Shown here piece by piece: positions 61,583 through 64,000 of a DNA stretch of 64,000 bases. Below the pieces are notes generated by a model. That model was not told the origin of the DNA and did no database searches. It worked only from the letters and a program-made list of their open reading frames with translations. The DNA is taken from assembly GCA_964549935.1 (NCBI GenBank), contig CAZJVT010000003.1, positions 159,501 through 223,500 on the forward strand, in the 5' to 3' direction. Within the stretch, counting starts at the first letter, position 1, and each line of letters starts with the position of its first letter. A program made the position numbers and the translations under genes. Origin of the DNA: an uncultured Candidatus Saccharibacteria bacterium. Lineage in GTDB: Bacteria > Patescibacteriota > Minisyncoccia > UBA6257 > 1-14-0-10-44-23.

Positions 61583-62644
61583 TCAGGTGAGCGCCGGGCC
61601 GGCGTAGGCGGGGACCCTGGCCTTGCCCGCATCTTCGGATGCGGGTCCCGGCGATGCCGTGTCGGGCTCGGCGTCGGGCGCCGGCACCTGGCGCAGGCCC
61701 TCGGCTTCCGTCTCGTCGAGCCCGATGTCAGAGGTTCCGGCGGCGGGAGGAACCTTGGGTTCGGGTCCGCGCGGAGCGACAAGGGGCGAGGCCGGCATCG
61801 TCCGGAAGGAGATTGACCTGGTGCCTTCCGGGGCGGCGGTCGCGTCGGCTGCCGGAGCGGAGGGTTTCTGGACGGACGGCGGCGGCGGGATCTCCAGGGT
61901 CCGATCGACCTTGGAAGCGGCGCCCTCCGGCGCGGGCTCCACAACGCGCTCGCCGGGCAGGTCGATGAGCGGAGCTTCGCGCGCCCTGGCCTTTTCCCTG
62001 CTCAGGCGGCTGACTTCCGCGGTGTCCTTCGGCGTCGGCTCGTATCCGGTCGTCTGGATGCCCGCCTGCTGGAGGGCGATCCATGCCTTCCGGCGGAACT
62101 CGTCGGTCCCATCCAGCTTCACGGCTTCCCAGTCATGGGCCTGAACCATGGCCAGCATCACCTCGATCGCCTCGTCGGTGGCTTTCGAGACGTCGATGCG
62201 GCTGGCGAAGTCGTCGACATTCGCACCGTCCCGGGTGCTGATGCGTCGCATGTCGAGATCGATCGACGACACCATGGAGAAGAGATCGGAATCGATGCCG
62301 GAGCCGGGGAAGAGCTTCGACCACTTGGCCTTGATGACCTCCTCCTCGTCTCCCGGCACCCGCTGCTTCTTCCGGAAGATGCGAAACCTGTGCGCGAGAC
62401 GGGTCAGCAGCCCGTCGTCCGGATCGGCGGAAGCGACCCTGGCCGGCCTGCGGGGCTCCTCCATCCGATCGAAGACGGTCGCCGCGGCCTGGTCGCCGGC
62501 GTCGGCGTCGTCGATGTTCTTTCGGTCTTCGGGATCGCCGGCGGCCTTGGAAGCGATCGGCGGGGCGGCGCGGCCGCCAAGGTCTTCTCCGGCAGGCGAG
62601 GGCTTCGCCTCGAGGCCGACTGGGGTAATTGTGCCGACCGGCAT
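61583..62644 (-). CDS. LPD7 domain protein
   Basis: AIEVMLAMVQAHDWEAVKLDGTDEFRRKAWIALQQAGIQTTGYEPT matches the LPD7 pattern; disordered flanks. Confidence 0.8.
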   Translation of the reverse strand: MPVGTITPVGLEAKPSPAGEDLGGRAAPPIASKAAGDPEDRKNIDDADAGDQAAATVFDRMEEPRRPARVASADPDDGLLTRLAHRFRIFRKKQRVPGDEEEVIKAKWSKLFPGSGIDSDLFSMVSSIDLDMRRISTRDGANVDDFASRIDVSKATDEAIEVMLAMVQAHDWEAVKLDGTDEFRRKAWIALQQAGIQTTGYEPTPKDTAEVSRLSREKARAREAPLIDLPGERVVEPAPEGAASKVDRTLEIPPPPSVQKPSAPAADATAAPEGTRSISFRTMPASPLVAPRGPEPKVPPAAGTSDIGLDETEAEGLRQVPAPDAEPDTASPGPASEDAGKARVPAYAGPALT

Positions 62645-62719
62645 TTATCTACCTTTCATAAGAAGCCGACACGATATTATAGGATGATGCCCAGGAAGCG
62701 GGAAGCCCGATCTGGCCGC

Positions 62720-62759
62720 ATTCGCGAATATCGCATAATGCGATTTATGGAAAATTTCC
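62720..62759. promoter_or_regulatory. Three adjacent palindromes in a divergent AT-rich intergenic region
   Basis: ATTCGCGAAT (62720-62729), ATCGCAT-A-ATGCGAT (62730-62744), GGAAA-A-TTTCC (62749-62759). Confidence 0.5.
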
Positions 62760-62846
62760 CGCAGGAGACGGTTTGCGGATCGTCTTGGCGGCAGGAGCGC
62801 TGAAGGAAGTTGCCGGCCCGATTATTTATCGTGCATACTATAGCTT

Positions 62847-63368
62847 ATGCTGATGAAAGCCGCCCGCGACGCCTCCGAACCCCAGACGCTGCCGGTCCTG
62901 TCGGCCGGCGTGAGGGCCCTGATCGATCGCCGCGGCGTCACGTTCGCTTCCGGGACGCTGATCCTCACGAGCCAGGAAGTGGGCGATCCGTTGGGCCTTC
63001 TTCCCTACCTGATGCTCGATGCCGCGAAGATCTGGTCCGAAGCCACGGGTACGCGGCTCGGCGTCCGCGTCTTCGAGGATCCGGAAGCAGGCTTCAACCT
63101 CCGATGCGGCGAACCGCTCTGCCCGGCGACGATCGCGTTGCTCGCCCTCGACATGTCCATCGAGGAAGCGATCGCGGTGCAGGGCTTCGAGAACGCGATG
63201 TTCGCGGCCGGTCATGCAGAAGCGGCCAGCCCGCATCGAAGGATCATCCGCTACGGCAGCCGTCTTGCCTCATGGGCTCGCGCCGTGCATCGCGCCCGGA
63301 CGCTTCGGCTCGAGGCGGACGTTGCCGCCGCCGAGATGGGCCGGCGCGGTTCCTCCGGAGAAACCTGA
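62847..63368 (+). CDS. Hypothetical protein
   Basis: TGATG coupling to the transglycosylase. Confidence 0.55.
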   Translation: MLMKAARDASEPQTLPVLSAGVRALIDRRGVTFASGTLILTSQEVGDPLGLLPYLMLDAAKIWSEATGTRLGVRVFEDPEAGFNLRCGEPLCPATIALLALDMSIEEAIAVQGFENAMFAAGHAEAASPHRRIIRYGSRLASWARAVHRARTLRLEADVAAAEMGRRGSSGET

Positions 63369-63877
63369 TGGGTTACGTGCTCTCCGCCCTCGCCGCCGCC
63401 TGTGCGTCCGCAGCGGCGAACCTCTACCAGCTGCCGCAGCCGATCCTGCCGATCCTCCTCGATCTCGAGGGCGGCACCGTCGGCGCCGTCTCCCGCAACA
63501 CGAACGGTACCGTCGACATCGGCCCGATGCAGGTCAACTCGCACTGGGTCCCGAAGCTCGCGAGGCGTTACGGCGTCGCTCCAGATGTCGTCTATTCGAA
63601 GCTCCTCAACGACGAGTGCTACAACATCCATGTCGGCGCCTGGATACTGAAGACCGAGATCGAGCTCGCCCAGGGCGATTTCTGGGAGGGTGTCGGCCAC
63701 TACCACTCCCGCTCACCGGTCCATAAGCGCCGCTACATGCAGAATGCGGTCAGGGCCGCGGTAAAGAGGTTCGGGGACGGGATCTTCCAGTCGACCCGTC
63801 CGGTGCGGACGGCGATGGCCGATGCTCCGCCCGGTCCCGCTGTGCCGCAGGCCGCCTCGCCCGCGAGGAGCCGCTGA
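63368..63877 (+). CDS. Lytic transglycosylase (IagB/R64 PilT/VirB1-like)
   Basis: Catalytic LEGG, NTNGTVDIGPMQVNS, CYNIHVGAWIL, GVGHYHS. Confidence 0.92.
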   Translation: MGYVLSALAAACASAAANLYQLPQPILPILLDLEGGTVGAVSRNTNGTVDIGPMQVNSHWVPKLARRYGVAPDVVYSKLLNDECYNIHVGAWILKTEIELAQGDFWEGVGHYHSRSPVHKRRYMQNAVRAAVKRFGDGIFQSTRPVRTAMADAPPGPAVPQAASPARSR

Positions 63878-64000
63878 TGTCGGGCTCGCAGAAGGGCCAG
63901 GGCCAAGGAGGCGAAGATCCGCTCTTCTACATGGCGCTGTTCGGAATTCTTGCCGTCGTCGTTTCCCTCCTCGTCTGGAAATACGAAAGCAGCGTCCACT
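63877..64000 (+). CDS. Partial membrane protein, possibly DotM/IcmP-like
   Basis: GAGGAG RBS and TGATG coupling; MSGSQKGQGQGGEDPLFYMALFGILAVVVSLLVW, a polar Q/G leader followed by a TM helix; only 41 codons visible. Confidence 0.4.
   Translation, partial: MSGSQKGQGQGGEDPLFYMALFGILAVVVSLLVWKYESSVH

Noticed and set aside
1-64000. tRNA, rRNA or riboswitch
   Set aside because: No cloverleaf or rRNA signatures noticed in the short intergenic regions; an Infernal/tRNAscan run would be needed to exclude them

Overview
GC-rich window that reads as the backbone of a large conjugative plasmid or megaplasmid (or an ICE) from an alphaproteobacterium. The host call rests on an alpha-type GTTC-N7-GTTC SOS box and alpha-typical protein families. 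No rRNA, tRNA, CRISPR array, IS transposase or phage structural gene was recognised. Left to right: (i) a partial minus-strand gene missed by the ORF track, made of two tandem copies of a double-HTH-like domain; (ii) a ParA plus ribbon-helix-helix partition cassette with ATGGCGCGCCAT palindromic repeats and a perfect DnaA box upstream; (iii) a DUF1612-like gene and a Cre-like tyrosine recombinase; (iv) a convergently overlapping pair of a GNAT/LuxI-fold-like enzyme and an HTH-like/PAS protein; (v) a stress/defence patch (tandem GIY-YIG-like, HNH, SRAP, AAA ATPase, two HipBA modules, orphan UmuD); (vi) an ~11.5 kb type IV pilus operon whose pilins all lack Glu+5 and which contains a dUTPase; (vii) three related surface proteins; (viii) a DNA-processing set (divergent topoisomerase IA, RecD2, WGR-ATP-dependent ligase, RecJ, stand-alone WGR, DnaQ, pentapeptide repeat); (ix) a multi-PAS kinase and receiver; (x) prepilin peptidase, LPD7 protein, lytic transglycosylase and the start of a possible DotM/IcmP-like gene. 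The best candidates for an undescribed system are the enzyme/PAS-regulator pair (possible new signalling module), the Glu5-less pilus with its embedded dUTPase, and the WGR-ligase-centred repair set. All protein family calls come from reading motifs by eye; no database searches were run.
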